Below, in pieces: positions 27,740-41,391 of a stretch of DNA of 64,000 bases. Position 1 is the first letter of the stretch. Every line of letters starts with the position of its first letter. The stretch is from Vicugna vicugna. Its lineage: Eukaryota. A program made the position numbers and the translations under genes. Location of the stretch: NCBI GenBank assembly GCA_013265495.1, contig MU058844.1:5889260-5953259 (forward strand), in the 5' to 3' direction. The notes under the pieces were generated by a model that was not told where the DNA came from, ran no database searches, and saw nothing but the letters and a program-made list of their open reading frames with translations.

Positions 27740-30700
27740 TACATTCTGGTGAATTTTTTAAAAGTCAGAGTAAAAATTATGAAACAAAATGTATACAAAT
27801 CCTAAGTGTACAGCTGGATGAATATTTTTAAAATGAACACAGCCATGTAAGTACTGCTCTTTCCAATCCAGAATAACTCACTACCAGCACCACAAAAGCC
27901 ATTCCTATGACACCTCTGTCCAGAGTGTAGCTAAACTACTTCATAGTTTTGCAGCCTCGGCACCCATTTTCTTTGGCCAAGCAGCCTGCTGTGACCTTCA
28001 GTTTACACCCGCCCATCATGCAGTCGTGCAAGCCAGTGCCCTCGGTAGCAGCCCACAGAGTCACAAGGAATGTGGGTTCCAGATAAGACTTCCCCAACCG
28101 CCCTGTGGCCAGCAGTCCTCTCTGCATTCCAATGCCTTTCCCTGACGTGCCACTTACATAAGAACCCCCTGGGACTTACCGAAACCCTGCTTTTTTGGTT
28201 TGAGTTGACCAATCCAGCATTAGCCAGGGAACCCCAAAGCTTTCCACCCATGAACTTTAATAAAAGCATGTGCCCAGGTCCTGACACTCTCTCTGCCTGC
28301 ACTCTGCCTTAACCTCCCCATCTGGCCCCACCCGGAGCGCCGGGTCCTTCCTCCAGGATCTATGAAAAATTAACTTTTCTATTTCAGTTTCTCTTCTGCT
28401 CAGTTATTGAACCATGGCTCATTATCCAGCACCCCGTGCTCCACTTAACAAGCGTTAATATGACAAATTCGTAGCATCTTCTAATCACACCCTACCCTCT
28501 TTCCAAAGGGTCACTATTGTCTTTATGTTTAACATCCAATAGATTAATTTTGGCAGGTTTCAAACTTTATAAAGTGGAATAATTCAGTACATAATCTTAC
28601 CTATATGGTTTCTTTCACTTTTTTTTTTTTTGAGATTCTTTCATGTAGATGTGTGTGCAGCATTGGCGTATTATTTTCATTGCCATATGACATTCCATTG
28701 TAGAAACATACCGCCCCCCCCAAATTAACCCTTTCTACTCCTGATTAACATTTGGATTGTTTCCAGTCTGCAGCTACTAGGTATAATGCCACTGTTAAGA
28801 TCCTTGTAGACGTCTTTCAGTACACATTTGTATATATTTCTATTAATTATACACTTTAGATTGAAATTCCTACAACTTAGTGTCATTGCAATTTTTCAAA
28901 ATTTATACTGCTACCAGCAGTGTAAGAAAGTTCAAATTACTCCCCAGCCTTGCTAACATTTGGTGTTGTTATTTTTCTTAACTTTAGCCATTCTGGTGAA
29001 TGTGTATTGGAATTCTATTACAGTTTTGATTCATTTTCCCTGATGACAAATGAACTTGCAGATAGATATTCATTACTTAAGTATCTCTTTTTAAACTGGA
29101 ATATAGCTGGCGTACAATATTATGTTAGCTTGAGGCGTATCATAGAGTGATTTGATATTTGCATACATTATGAAACAACCGTCAGAAGTCTAGTGATCAT
29201 CTGTCTCCATTCAAAGTCATTACAATGGCATTGACTGTGTTCTTATGCTGTATAGTACTTCCTCATGGTTTATTAATTTTATAATTGGAGATATGTACCT
29301 CTTAATGCCCTCCACCTATTTCACTCACACCCCAACCCCCCTCCCCTCTGACAATCACCAGATTGTTTCTGTATCTATGAGTCTGTTTTCATTCTGCTTT
29401 GTTTTTGTTGTTGTTTTGCTTTCAGATTCACATTTGAGTGAGATTATGTGGCATTTGTCTTTCCCTGTCTGACTTATCTCACATAGCATAATACACTCCA
29501 GATCCATTCATGTTGTCCCAAATGGCAAGATTTCTTTTTTGTGAGTAAGCAATATTCCACTGTATGTGTATACTATATTTTTTTAATCCATTATTACTGA
29601 TGGACCCTTAGGTTGCTTCCATATCTTGGCTATTGTAAATAATGCTGTAATGAACATGGGGGTGCAAATATCTTTTCAAATGAGTGGTTTTGGTTTTCTG
29701 GGGTAAATTCCCAGGAATATATGGCAGTTCTATTTTTAATTTATTGAGGAAGTTAGTTGTTACTTGTTGTCTTTTTAATGATAGCCATTTTGACAGGTGT
29801 GAGGTGGTATCTCATTGTGGTTTTGATTCGTATTTCCCTGATGATTAGTATTATTAAGGGTCTTTTCATGTGTCTGTTGACCACTCTATGTGTCTCTATG
29901 TGCACTTAGTTCTTTTTCTGAGGTTTTGTTTTGTTCTTTCCTTGGGAACATACTATTCTGTCTCTTCATTTTGCCTAATTCTCTGTGTTTATTTTTATGT
30001 ATTAGGTAGGTTGGTTACATTTCCTGATCTTGGAGAAGTGACCTTATGTAGGAGACATTCTATGGTGCCCAGCAGAATGCTCCCTTCTGGTCCCCAGAGT
30101 TATATACTCTAGGGTGGCCCTATGTAGACTGCATATCCCCTTCTGTTGTGGTGATGACTACTATAGGAGCACTGGTGAGTATGGCTGACCCCTGGCCTGA
30201 TTGTCTTTGAGTCCATGCTTCATGAAGTTGCTGTAGGTCCACTGGAGAACAGGGCTGGGTCACCACGTGGCTGGCCACACAGGCCAGGGTGCTTTGGGGT
30301 TGGTGTCAGCTCACTGGTGGGTGCATAAGCCCCCATCACTTATAGGCTAGAGGCAGGATTCCAAAATGGCATTTGCCAGCACCACTGTCAATATGGCAAA
30401 TTAGTTCCCAACAGTATCTGTTGCCAGCTTCTCCATCCCAGCATCTCCCTCCACAGGGGAAGTCTCAGTTACTTTCTGCTTCCTTGGGAGGCTCTCCAAG
30501 ATCAGCAAGTGGCTCTGACTGACCCAGGCTCCTTTTAAACTACTTATTCTGCAACGGTACTTGGAGCATGTGAGATTTTCTGCATGCCTTCCAAGACAGA
30601 AGTCTCTGTTTCCTATAGCTTTCTGGGTTTCCTGAATGTAAGCCCCTCCAGTTTTCAAAGCCACACATTCTGGGGATTCATCTTCCTGGTGCAGGACACC

Positions 30701-31150
30701 TGGACTGGGGAGCCCAATACAGAGCTCCTTGGGGAGCACCTCAGCAGTTGTGACAGTCCTCCCATTTGTGGGTCACTTACCTGGGGGATGTAGGTGCTGC
30801 CTATACCACACCTCCTCCCCTCCTACCCACCTCATTGTGGTTCCTTCTTTATATCTTAAGTTGTGGAAAATCTTTTCTGCTAGTCTTCATGATTCTCATA
30901 GATAATTGCTCTGTGAGTAGTTGTAACTTGGTGTGCCCATAAAAGGGGGCTAGTTCAGGCTCTTCCTACTATGCCATTTGGCCCCTCAACATGTATCTTC
31001 CTTTTCGATGTGGGTATACAAGTCTTCAACCCATTTTTATATGGTGTTGTCTATTTTTTTAATAGATTTAGTGCTCAGTATATTTTCTGGATACAAACAT
31101 TTTGTCCCTGTTATTTATTCATCTTCTCTGAGCTTCCTTTTTGACTCTTT
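27740..31150 (-). mobile_element. Nested L1 cluster: old L1M remnant interrupted by an LTR (~27926-28476) and a younger L1 (~29088-30975)
   Basis: Typical antisense L1 3' sequence (cttaggttgcttccatatcttggctattgtaaataatgctgtaatgaacatgggggtgcaaatatcttttcaaatgag; atagccattttgacaggtgtgaggtggtatctcattgtgg). The LTR-like insert starts tgtagc and contains AATAAA. Confidence 0.75.
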
Positions 31151-33657
31151 CATTGATGAGTTCATGAGAGTTGGGTAAATCTTGGTTGGAAAGCCATACA
31201 GAACCATGAAATTTAAAAAGAAAAAAGTAAAACCCTACAATTACTTTTCCTCCCTTACCACGTAATTTCTTAGGTAAGAGTTTTACTCATGGCATTTTGA
31301 GGACAACACAACATTAGAAGAGACGTTCTTTAGATTATAATTTATGAGCCCTTGCCTTAAGGAGTAGGCAAGCCAATAAAAGGAGACACTTCTTCCCTGA
31401 ATTTTTCGACTTGCCATAAGAGCAGGACTTCCTCAGAGCTCTGATTTTACCAAAGCTTTTGGAGAAGTCAGAGTTCCAAAGCAATTAACCTTGGAGGTGG
31501 TAGTGATGGAGCGATGGTAAGCGTGTCATATTGTGATTTTTCCTAATGTAATGTTTTACTTATTGATTAAACATGCTTATCTATATGTGCCTCTGTTAGG
31601 TGCTAGTCACAATTTTATATTTCTTTGAAAAGACAGAGTTTAACCATATAAATCTGAATTGGTCCTTTTATCCTATCAGCTGTGAAAAATCCTTCTTGGG
31701 GAGTTGCTGGCTGAAAGGCTGCTTGAAACTGTGCACTTTGATAGTGTAAGTCAGTCCTAAGATTGCTGAATCTTGAACTCTAGGCCCTTCTATTGAGTAA
31801 TGCTTGTAGGGTACCTGTAATTTCGATGTGTTGGTACTGATCTTAAAACTCCTGCATCCTATTACCAAAAATCAGTTAATTCAAGGCCACTGAAATTAAC
31901 ACAGGTTGAAAGAATTTTACTAGCCATGATTTACGGACACTGATAGCACATTTGAGCAACTGATCAAGGATCATTTTTACTTCTCTTTTTCCCCATGTTT
32001 TTTCCTAATCCAGGTAATTACTTTGAAGAGCCCACAAGGAAAATAAACACGGTCAGTATGGTCAATCAATGTGCCTCTGTCTTTGCCTGATAGAGATGAA
32101 ACATGATATGTGATCCAGAAGCAATATTGATTTAAAAAAAAATCTTACTTTTGAAAAAATATTATTGCAAGCTACAGTTAGAGGTAAAATGACTTTCACA
32201 TCTGGTATAAAATAGAACAAAACCTCATGAGACAGGTAGGATCCTTACAAACTTTGTTTTATGGGACACTTTTAAGTCACAAAGAACCTTTATTTACAGA
32301 AAAATCTCTACATTGATTTCTTTCTAGAATATTTATGCCTTCAAAGCCACCATGAGCCAAGTACAAAAAAAAATGGAGAAACAATCTATGAGAAAACTAA
32401 ATGCTATTATCCTTTATTTTGCAGTTTCATACAATCACGTATGAGCATCAGCCTGTAGCCTAGTATTTTAAAAAGTGATTTTTACTGATGTAGCTCTTAT
32501 TCTGATGAAGTTTCTTCTGAATGACAAACCCCTGTTTAGTGGGCATATATTCTTAAACTAGCAGATAAAGCAACCTACTCAAACACAAAGAAAAGTTTAT
32601 TTCTTGTCTTTAAAAAATGAATTAAAAAAAAGAATTCAATTTTGTATGCTTCTATGACATTGAAAAATAAGATGAAAGAATTAGATTTTTAAAAGGGGGT
32701 CAACTTACTCTGAATGAATTAAAAAATACTCTTTATTTTAGTCTGTATTCAAAATATTTTTTTCTGACCCTTTTATTTAGAATTGAATTCTCACTTCAAT
32801 AATTAATATAATATTTAATGAATAGTTCTTAAATAATATGTTTAAGAGTTATCTTATGTAGCAGTATATTAAAATATTTAATTTTCTTATGAAAAAATGG
32901 TTGCCTTCTGTTATCTAATGCAATTTTTTTTATATACTTCTTTCCCTCAACTCTCTTTCCTGTAATCATTTTATGTTTTATATTTTTAACCAAATCCTGT
33001 GTGCATTCAGAATGCTACTAGCCATGCCATATTTTAAGCACCAAAGGAAGAAACCACTTTTTCTGTCTTTTTATTTTTTTGTCATATTATGCTTAATATT
33101 CATAGAAATCATTTAAGCGTCATCTTAGACTTCCATCTGTAACCTTATTCCCTGTTGCAGGATTATGATTAGCTGAACGTACTATAACAAAATAACCTGG
33201 AGTTACTAAATAGGTATAAAATCTACACGAGGCTGCAACTATAGGCGTATCAACAAATTCAGTGGATTTGCTTACTCATTAGTCACATACGAGCGTCTTT
33301 TAAGAAAAGAAACTGAAGCCACAAAAAGATAAGCAACATTTCATGACAAAGTAAGTATTACAGGTACTGAATGCCTGATCAACTTAGCTGCATCTTCAAA
33401 GCACCCTCTGAAGTATATAGAGGCTAGAGGTTGTCCACTGAATTGCCTTCCCATTGAGAAAATGGCGGTCATAACGTTTTGCTCTATCGCTGAGGCACAC
33501 ACATCAAATAGTAGCCATAGACAGTATCAAGGGAGATTCCGGTTGTTCAGGTAGCTATTTCAAAAAAAGGTGATGACTACATTATTTATTTATTCCAAAA
33601 GTTATAAAGATGTTTAGATTGGGGGCTTTAATAAAATGGTTTCACGTTGCCCAGGCA

Positions 33658-34050
33658 TGAGGTTTGACTGTACCGTTCTTACAAGCCAAATAAGTGAGTT
33701 AATTTTAGCTAATGTTTGTTTCAGTGGATGCTGGCAGAAAGTCTGAGATTCCTGGTTCAGAGATAAAGGGTCTTATCACTCAAGGCACAGAACACAGCAT
33801 GAACATCCGCATGTGAGTGTCAGTTTCTCTTGCCTCCCAAGTCCCGTGGGGATGAAACAGAGGGACCCAGATAGGAGCTGTGTGTGTAGTGGGTTTGTAG
33901 AGCAGCTGAGAAACCCTAAGCTTGGGAAATCCACTGCTTTTAAGGAAAGTAGTCAGCAAACTTGCTTTTTTGTCCTAGAAAGAGACATTATTTCATCCCT
34001 CACGTCTGCCCACTGCAGATGCAACCTAAAATGCATCTACCCTATAATAT
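33658..34050 (-). mobile_element. Ancient ERVL-class LTR (MER54/MER74-like)
   Basis: ttcagtggatgctggcagaaagtctgagattcctggttcagagataaaggg...ttctcttgcctcccaagtcccgtggggatg. Confidence 0.6.
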
Positions 34051-34054
34051 AGTA

Positions 34055-34253
34055 AGTCCACTCCTAAGTATAGCACCATTAAAATTAAAAACAATTGTCT
34101 TCAAAGATACTTGTACAAGGTATCCTTGGCATGCTATTCAAAATAGCCCCAAACTGGAAAACAAATGCATATCAACAAGACAATGCATAAATAAATTGTG
34201 TTATATTCATACCAAACAATAGTACTCAGCAATTTAAAAAGTAATGGACTACT
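34055..34253 (+). mobile_element. Old L1 3' fragment, cut off by the GC-rich insert
   Basis: ctattcaaaatagccccaaactggaaaacaaatgcatatcaacaagacaatgcataaataaattgtgttatattcatac...tactcagcaatttaaaaagtaatggactact. Confidence 0.75.
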
Positions 34254-35900
34254 GGCTCCCTGCCTGGGGTCAGTCCCTGCAGCCTGCGGAGCGAAAGATG
34301 TAGCCCAGGGGCCTCCCAAACCCGCGCTGCCCCGCCTTCGGCTCTCCCCGCCGCCCGCGGCCACACCAAGTGGCCGCCCCCCCTCCATGCTGCGGTCCAC
34401 CTGCCCTCCCGTCCGTACATCTGTCCATCCTTCCGGCTAGCGGGCTGGCACACGGTGGTGCCAGATTAGTGCTTGCCGAGTGAGTGTACTCGAGGGCGAC
34501 TGGACGAATGCATGAAGTTGCACCAGCTGCTTTGCTTGTGCTGTTAGACACAGCGGGGGGTTGTTTTGAGAGACTAAATATTAGTGTTTGGCATAGGTTG
34601 CTATTAAGTTTACAATTGACTGGTAGCTTTTATTTTTATTTGGAGAATGTTTCCTATTATACCTGGATTTTCAGATCTTTACACCTCTAGAGACGTTGTC
34701 TGTCTTTTCTTTAAGTTCCTGCCTCAATTATTTTTGTTACATGGAGTTGTATACGTGCAGCAGAAATTGTGCGTGGCACTTTTACTGTGCTTTCAATGAA
34801 TTTTTATGTACAACTGACCCTCTAAAGACATGAATTCTTGGCATACTGCAGACTTTATGGCATGATCTGTGAATTTATGGTTGTTTTGGTACCTACTTTG
34901 ATATAACCGCTACTGCATCTAGTAAATCCTAGATAATTGCCTCAAAATGATTACCTCAAGAAAATTTGCATTCTGAGAGCATCAACAGAAAACTGAATAT
35001 TTGCAATACAACACTCTTAATTTCCATATAGAATATGCTTCTTCATAAAGCTGATTCCTTCATTACAGTGAAATATATTTTTGACGGTGGAATTTAAAGT
35101 GTTTTATGTGTGTTTTTCTTTAAGTTGATTCTCTTAACTCAAAAAATAGAAATCCCTCATAATTAAGGTTTTTCCTTGATGAGAAAAGCAAAATCAAATT
35201 AAAATGTTGTGCATTTGACATAAGCTTATATTTTCTCTGTTTGATATGCCTGAATTTCAAACCCAGGTACCTAACTTCCAAATTATGGAGCAAAAGAAGT
35301 TTTTTTGGCTTAGGGATCTTCACTATGTTAATAAAACATACTGCAATCTTTATTGTTTTAATATTTCCTTGCATTATTATTTTGACTAATATTAAAAAGT
35401 TTTTTAAATGCATGAAGAGTCATCATCTACTTTAAGGGTACATATGATAGAGATTTTAATTATAAAATAATCTCAGTTTTTTATCATTTGAAGCTGACAA
35501 AACTCATGTTTAAAATTATTCCTTTAAAAAGTGTCTTCAGCAAACAGGTATGCATCAAAGAAAAGTAAATACAGTAGAGTATGCATTTTTAGTTACAATG
35601 ACTGTGTATATATTATTAATTCGAAAAAATGGTAATGCAAATATTTTAGAATTTATAATTCTAAATGTATGTAATTCTAAATTCTAGTCTGTAATTTCTG
35701 AAGTATGCATTTTTCAGAAGGTAAAAATGTTTCTACATGCATAATACTGTGTCACTCTGTCATTAAGCCATTGTTGTTTGTGAAATCCTCAAAGATCTGT
35801 ATGATTATAACATTCACAAGTGTAAAGGACAGTAAAGGAACCATATAAAAGAAACAGACATTTAAATGTCACAATATGTGTAGAAGAGAAAGTAGACGGC
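34254..35900 (+). pseudogene. Putative retrocopy of an unidentified transcript (CpG-rich 5' part, AT-rich UTR-like 3' part)
   Basis: Abrupt switch from L1 to ~250 bp of CpG-rich sequence just downstream of a TT/AAAA L1-endonuclease-type site, then ~1.4 kb of U-rich UTR-like sequence. No poly(A) or second TSD seen. Parent not recognised. Confidence 0.45.
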
Positions 35901-35989
35901 TTTGCAGAGCCTCACATACCATCCTTTATCACAAATTTTCTAACTTAATGAGTACCTTGAAATATAGATGAGGACTCAGAACATTGCTC

Positions 35990-38869
35990 CTGATACCATT
36001 TTATAGGATTATAACACTTTGTATCAACGGCTGGGAAGTTCCACCTTGTTTCTTTTGATCCATGATTAGCTTAATAAAACGGCCCACTAACAAATGCGGA
36101 ACAAGCATTCTTTTCAAATGCTCATGTCACCTCCAGCCCTACAGTTCCAATGGGGGCTACTCACTGGTTGAGTCTGTGATGGCTCACTGTCATGTGCCAC
36201 GATCCATACATTTTTTTTTTTACATGGACTTAGCTGGTGAATTAAATCAAAGTTATGCATCCTTTACGACTTGGAGGGTGGCACTAATCTGTGTCATTCC
36301 TGTTGGGGTGCAATATTGTTTTTGATTTGCCATCTCGCCTTGGGATTGCAGATTCAGGAGCTTGCACTTGGCCTTTACTGCTATGATAGCTCTAACTCTG
36401 TAGAGCAAGAAACCTATGTGAGAATTATACCAACTATAAGGTATGCCCACTACAATTATTTAGCAATTAGGGAAATGACCACCAGGTAGCTCTGGGTAGC
36501 TCTATGGAACTATTGGCTCCATTGTGACACGGCATTGGGCCAGGACTCCAATTACACCTGGTGTCTACACATCTTTCATCTAACAAGGGAGAGTATGATA
36601 GTTCTTTGATGCTCTTAGGACATAATCATATCAGAAATTGTGCCAAACCATCTTCAGAAAACAGGCATTCTCTTTCTTCTGGATATCGTTATTTGAGTAA
36701 ATGGCTGGAAGCCCGTTGGGGAAAGAGAGGAAGGACGATATACATTTTCCATTCACTGAAGGAGTTTTTTGTTCATTTGACAGATTCTGATAACTGGGTC
36801 TGATAACACCCAGGTCTGGAAACTAAGCACGGGAACATGCTTTTTGGTTGTGAAATCCTACCTCAGGCTCTGCTCATTCATTCTTGAATCTCTTTTGAAT
36901 ACAGATTTTGAGCAACACCTTTTGGGCAGCTCACTTAGCTCATCCCTGGGAACAAAGTACACACTCCACACGTATTCCGTACATGGACACCGTATGGCCT
37001 CTCCGGCTGTCGCTCCAAACCACTGATTATTGTGGGAACTTCACCCAGTATTTTTGCTAATATTTAAAAGGGCTGCCTGTCCTCTAGTATTCCTGGATCC
37101 TCTCATCCTCGCTGCTATTTTGAGCCTAGACATGGTAACAGCACCTTCGACCATCAGCCCCAGATTATAGAGGACCACGAGCTCCCCAGTGATTCTGCTA
37201 GAATGTCCTGCTACCGTCACTGCAATATTCCGTACCTCCTTGATAAATGCATGTCTCCTCTGCACCATCTCAAGGGACAAAGCACCTGGTGGGTTTTCTG
37301 GTCTTACAAAATAGACTCATTCCAGTGTCCTCCCTCGCCTGAGCCTTTTCATCTCTTGCTCCCTAATCTGTCATGGCAGTTCTGACATCTGTACTTCATT
37401 TATGTGAGACATTCTTTTTTCCCATGCTTCTAAGAACTACCCCAGCAGCAAATTAGAAGCAACTCCTGGGGCCCTTGCCAGGATGTTAATTCTCAGTCAT
37501 GGGAGAGTCCTGCATAACTAAGTGCTCTCTTCTCACTTACAGGGTGGCTCCCTTGATGATGCACCCCAGGGTCCACTTCTAGGCATGTTCTCCAGTTCCT
37601 GCGTATACACCGTGAGCCAGACTGTGCAGCCCCTTTGGCATAATATCCCTGTTCTCCTTTAGCAGGCTCAGCATTTTCCTTGTTAGACCTTGTTATGGAC
37701 CTGATGACCAGAAGAGAGCAAGCACTGACTTCTAAGACACATGTTCCCTTTGAGGCCATGGTGTAAATTAAAAGCAAGGGGGCAGCAGTATATTTCCAGT
37801 GGAAGATGGAACACTTCCATAGTCAGGAAGATTCAGAAGAATTGCGGAGATCTCAAGTGCATCTACCAAACTCAGTTTCAGGGTTCAAACTGGGTTTCAG
37901 GGTTCAGATCCTTCCCTATCAGATCTCTGATTGTGGCATGGGAGACTTCTTGCCAAAAGTGGGAGTGCATTCTTCACTGAAGTTCCACTACTGTCTCAAC
38001 CAGGTCTTCCCTCTTTTGCCCTTTGACTTGGGGAGATTTTCTTCCATGCATTGAAACAGGTTCTCTGACTCTCAAAATTTGCTTAAATTGTTAATTAGTA
38101 AACCTGAATCTGTCCTTTTGTCTCTGTTTAACAACGCCTGTTATTTAACAATAACAGTCTGTGTAGTTACCGTTTCCCTCCTACCTGTTAAATATCAGTG
38201 ATATTGCACTAGTTAGTGCCTCCCTTTCTGCTTTGTGTTTTGTCCATTTTCACCGCACATGAGTCTTATCAATTATATTGCTCTAACACGCTCGGGATTA
38301 TGGATACTCTGCCTCCCACCAGTGAGGGGATTCTCACGACCATCTGGATTTCTCTGCAGAATACCATCCTTAGATTCCACTTCTTCGAGCAATGCCCGGG
38401 GCTCACTATCTTAGATCAGGCTCCCTAGAGGCGGAGACAGGGATTTTTGAGAAAGTACCTTACCAGGGAAGTGACCTCAAGAAAAAACGAGGAAGCAGGG
38501 AAAAGGACAGGGAAGGAAAGCTAAGCAAGGATTTTGAGTGAAGACAAGCTTCATCTTGATCCCATCAGGAGAACTGGAGCCAAAATTACACCTGGAAATT
38601 GGTTCCACCTTGAGTCAAGTGCTGCCACCTGGCCTCTGCTTTTCCGGATGTCTTTAAATACTTCACGCCAATCAGTCATTGCCTGCAGGCTTCTGGGTGT
38701 GACCGTGCTCCCAAGTAAGGAAGCTCTCATTTGGCCAAGGGCAGTTCTCTCTATCAGCGGGAGGTTGTGAGTCAGTATCCGCCAGTACTCCCAGCAGCTG
38801 GGGGATGAGATGTCTGGTCCAGCCCCCGGCAATGACCACCCTACCCAGTATCCACCAGCACCATCCACA
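35990..38869 (-). mobile_element. Ancient ERVL-class provirus remnant (LTR16 / ERV3-16A3-like): 5' LTR ~38407-38869 plus degenerate gag-pro-pol
   Basis: Minus-strand translation QKQYCTPTGMTQISATLQVVKDA resembles the ERVL pol N-terminus (QKQY.IPGG..EISATIKDLKDA). LTR16-like sequence is adjacent to a PBS-like tagtgagccccgggcattgctc. Confidence 0.75.
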
Positions 38870-39599
38870 GTCTTGAACCCTTAGTTCATTAATTCTTCAA
38901 TAGTCCTGATAAATGTAAGTAACCAAAAAAAAAAACAGATGCCCAAATATTCATTTTAGGGCTTAAACTCAAAAATGGGAAATTTTCTCACTTACTATTA
39001 TTTCTTCCTAAATAAGACTATTGAAAAAAAGGAGATGGGGGAAGACAAGCCTGCTGTGTACTGTCTATACAATGCTCTGCCTCAAAAATGACTGTAAACT
39101 AATGGAGTTAGATACTGCACATCACATTTTTAAAATCTGGCTTTAACAGGATGGGAATACTAATGAAAACCAACAATAAGACCCCTATCTGCTATCTGCT
39201 CACAGTTTTTCATTTTAAGTCTTGTGGCATGTATGAAACTGTAAAAATATTCCTTTCCAATTTATAAAAGGAAACTCCTTGGAGTAACATTGGAGTAACT
39301 GAATTTATTTCTGCACAAATAGATACTATATTTATGTGTTTCACAATGCATATACGTCTGGAAATATCTGCACATCTTGCTGTTAGATAAAATAGCATTG
39401 CCAAAAGGACTGCCACAACTTCCTAATATACAATCAACAGCTCATTACCAATCAAGCCAGTGAAAGAATTACTTCACTACATGATTTTGCTTCAGATTTT
39501 TATTGTTATTATTATTTTGCTACCTTAGCTTGAAAGGTCACGTTTATATCACAAAGAAAGGAAACCCACCCGTGCCGGAAGTATTTGGCCCAAATTCTT

Positions 39600-39648
39600 T
39601 TTTTTTTCAACATTTTTCATTGATTTATAATCATTTTACAATGTTGTG
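39600..39648 (-). mobile_element. Ultra-short 5'-truncated L1 3' end
   Basis: T-run plus caacatttttcattgatttataatcattttacaatgttgtg, flanked by exact 10-bp TSD CCAAATTCTT (39590-39599 and 39649-39658). Confidence 0.75.
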
Positions 39649-40306
39649 CCAAATTCTTAATTGACATTCTTCAGAATGAAATTCTTACCACTTTGGAAAG
39701 TGTTTCAGCTGAGAAAATGAACACACTCTACCTTAAAAGTGGTAGGCTACAGAGGGTACCAAAATATGCAAGATAAGTTAAATAGTAAAGAAGAAGGAGG
39801 GAGGAAAGAAGGAAAAAAGAGAGGAGAGCAGAAGAGAACGATTTACTGAAAGCCCACTGTATGGTGGTAATATTTTAGTTTTCATATGTTTATGTGTCTG
39901 TTTTTTGAACCTACATCTGTCATTTCATCCTGAACATGAGGGTGCAAAGTACTGTTGTTTTAATTTTACAAATGAGAAACATGGTTTAGAGAGTCACAAC
40001 TATTAAACAGTGATCTGGAATTCTCACTTGGAATTTGGAACTGTTCCCACCCTGACTGCACCCTCCCCAGCCCAGGGTTTAATGATCTCAGTCGAATTCT
40101 GTCTTTACCACTTATGGCGAAGTCATATTATCTCCTTGGGCCCCACTTTCCATCTGTAAAATAACATCTGTTCCAGCTGTATCATGCAGAGATCCTCCTT
40201 GGGATTAGCTGGGGAGAGTACAGAGTTTTCAAGGAAGATAAAATGTACTTATTGAGTCAACAAGCTATTTTTATTAACTCCAGTTTCAAATCAACTTGTA
40301 CAGTAA

Positions 40307-40942
40307 TGAGACAGGATGGAAGGGGGCAGGGCACAGCCACTCAATTTAACACCAGAATGTTGGAAGGTTCACCAAAATGGCTGAAGATTCGCCTCCTGGT
40401 TGGCCTTGAGGATAAAGAGGTTTGAATTCTAGTAGACCTTGAGCTTCATTATATGCTCATTGTAACAGCGAGCTAAATAACATGCCTGCAGGCACCATGA
40501 GAGCCCCAAGGCTAACTGCAAAAGGCCAAAGAATGGGCGGTGGCCCAATCCCTGGGAATCCCAGCCCCTTCCCCAGGGCAGTTGGAATGATCCCACCTGT
40601 AGGCTGTGAAGCTACTGAGCCCATAAAAGCTGGCAACACCACGCTTAGCGGCCCTTTTCCCTCCCTCCCCTTAGGAGATGGTCCGCACTCTGTGGAGTGT
40701 GTACCTACTTTTACTTTAACCTGAGCACCCAATTCTCACACCTCTTTCCTTGCCTTTCTCTTGCCTTATACTCTATGCAGTGTGTATCTCTAAATAAATC
40801 TACCTTTACTCAACGGTGGCTCACACTTGAATTCTTTCCTGCGCGAAGCCAAGGACCCACACCTGGTGGGGCGCATCCCAGGGGCTCCACCAAGACCTGG
40901 GACACGGCCCTCCCCATGCCCCACATCCATTTTCCTGCAACA
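40307..40942 (+). mobile_element. Solo ERV LTR (family B)
   Basis: TG...CA termini, TSD GTAA/GTGA (one mismatch). Homologous to 21194-21827. Confidence 0.9.
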
Positions 40943-41391
40943 GTGATAGTCCTTCTATAATTACTACAATTATAGAAAGTTTATATTTTATAGAATTGTG
41001 GTTGACAACTCCCTTGTACACCATTTCACAATCACCTTGTAAAGAAAGAAAGCTGGACATTGTTCTCTATTTTATAGAGGACTGAGACATCTTTGTTTCT
41101 CTAGCCATATTTAGAAATTGATTTCAATTCTTATGCAGACATAAATCCACAAATCAGATTATCCAATGAAGACAGTGACAATACTTTCTGTAAAAAGAGT
41201 ATCAAAGAACTACAAAACTTGTTATTTTGCTTATATTTCAGCAGAATAAATCTAGAAGAAAATATTAAAACTTTACCCTCAAATGTAGTATGTTAAAAAC
41301 AGAAAAATTCAGACAATCATGAAACATTAGAAGCAAACTTAAAGTCTAGAGATGGCCGTAGGAAACTGGATGGTGACTGAAAAGTACCAAC

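Noticed and set aside
34648..34730. Peptide resemblance (DVVCLFFKFLP) to the C4orf3/another-regulin C-terminus
   Set aside because: It needs frameshifts, nucleotide similarity is poor, and the upstream sequence does not match.
21194..40942. Two direct family-B LTRs as the ends of one 19-kb provirus
   Set aside because: Each LTR has its own different TSD, and the interval is ordinary genomic sequence.
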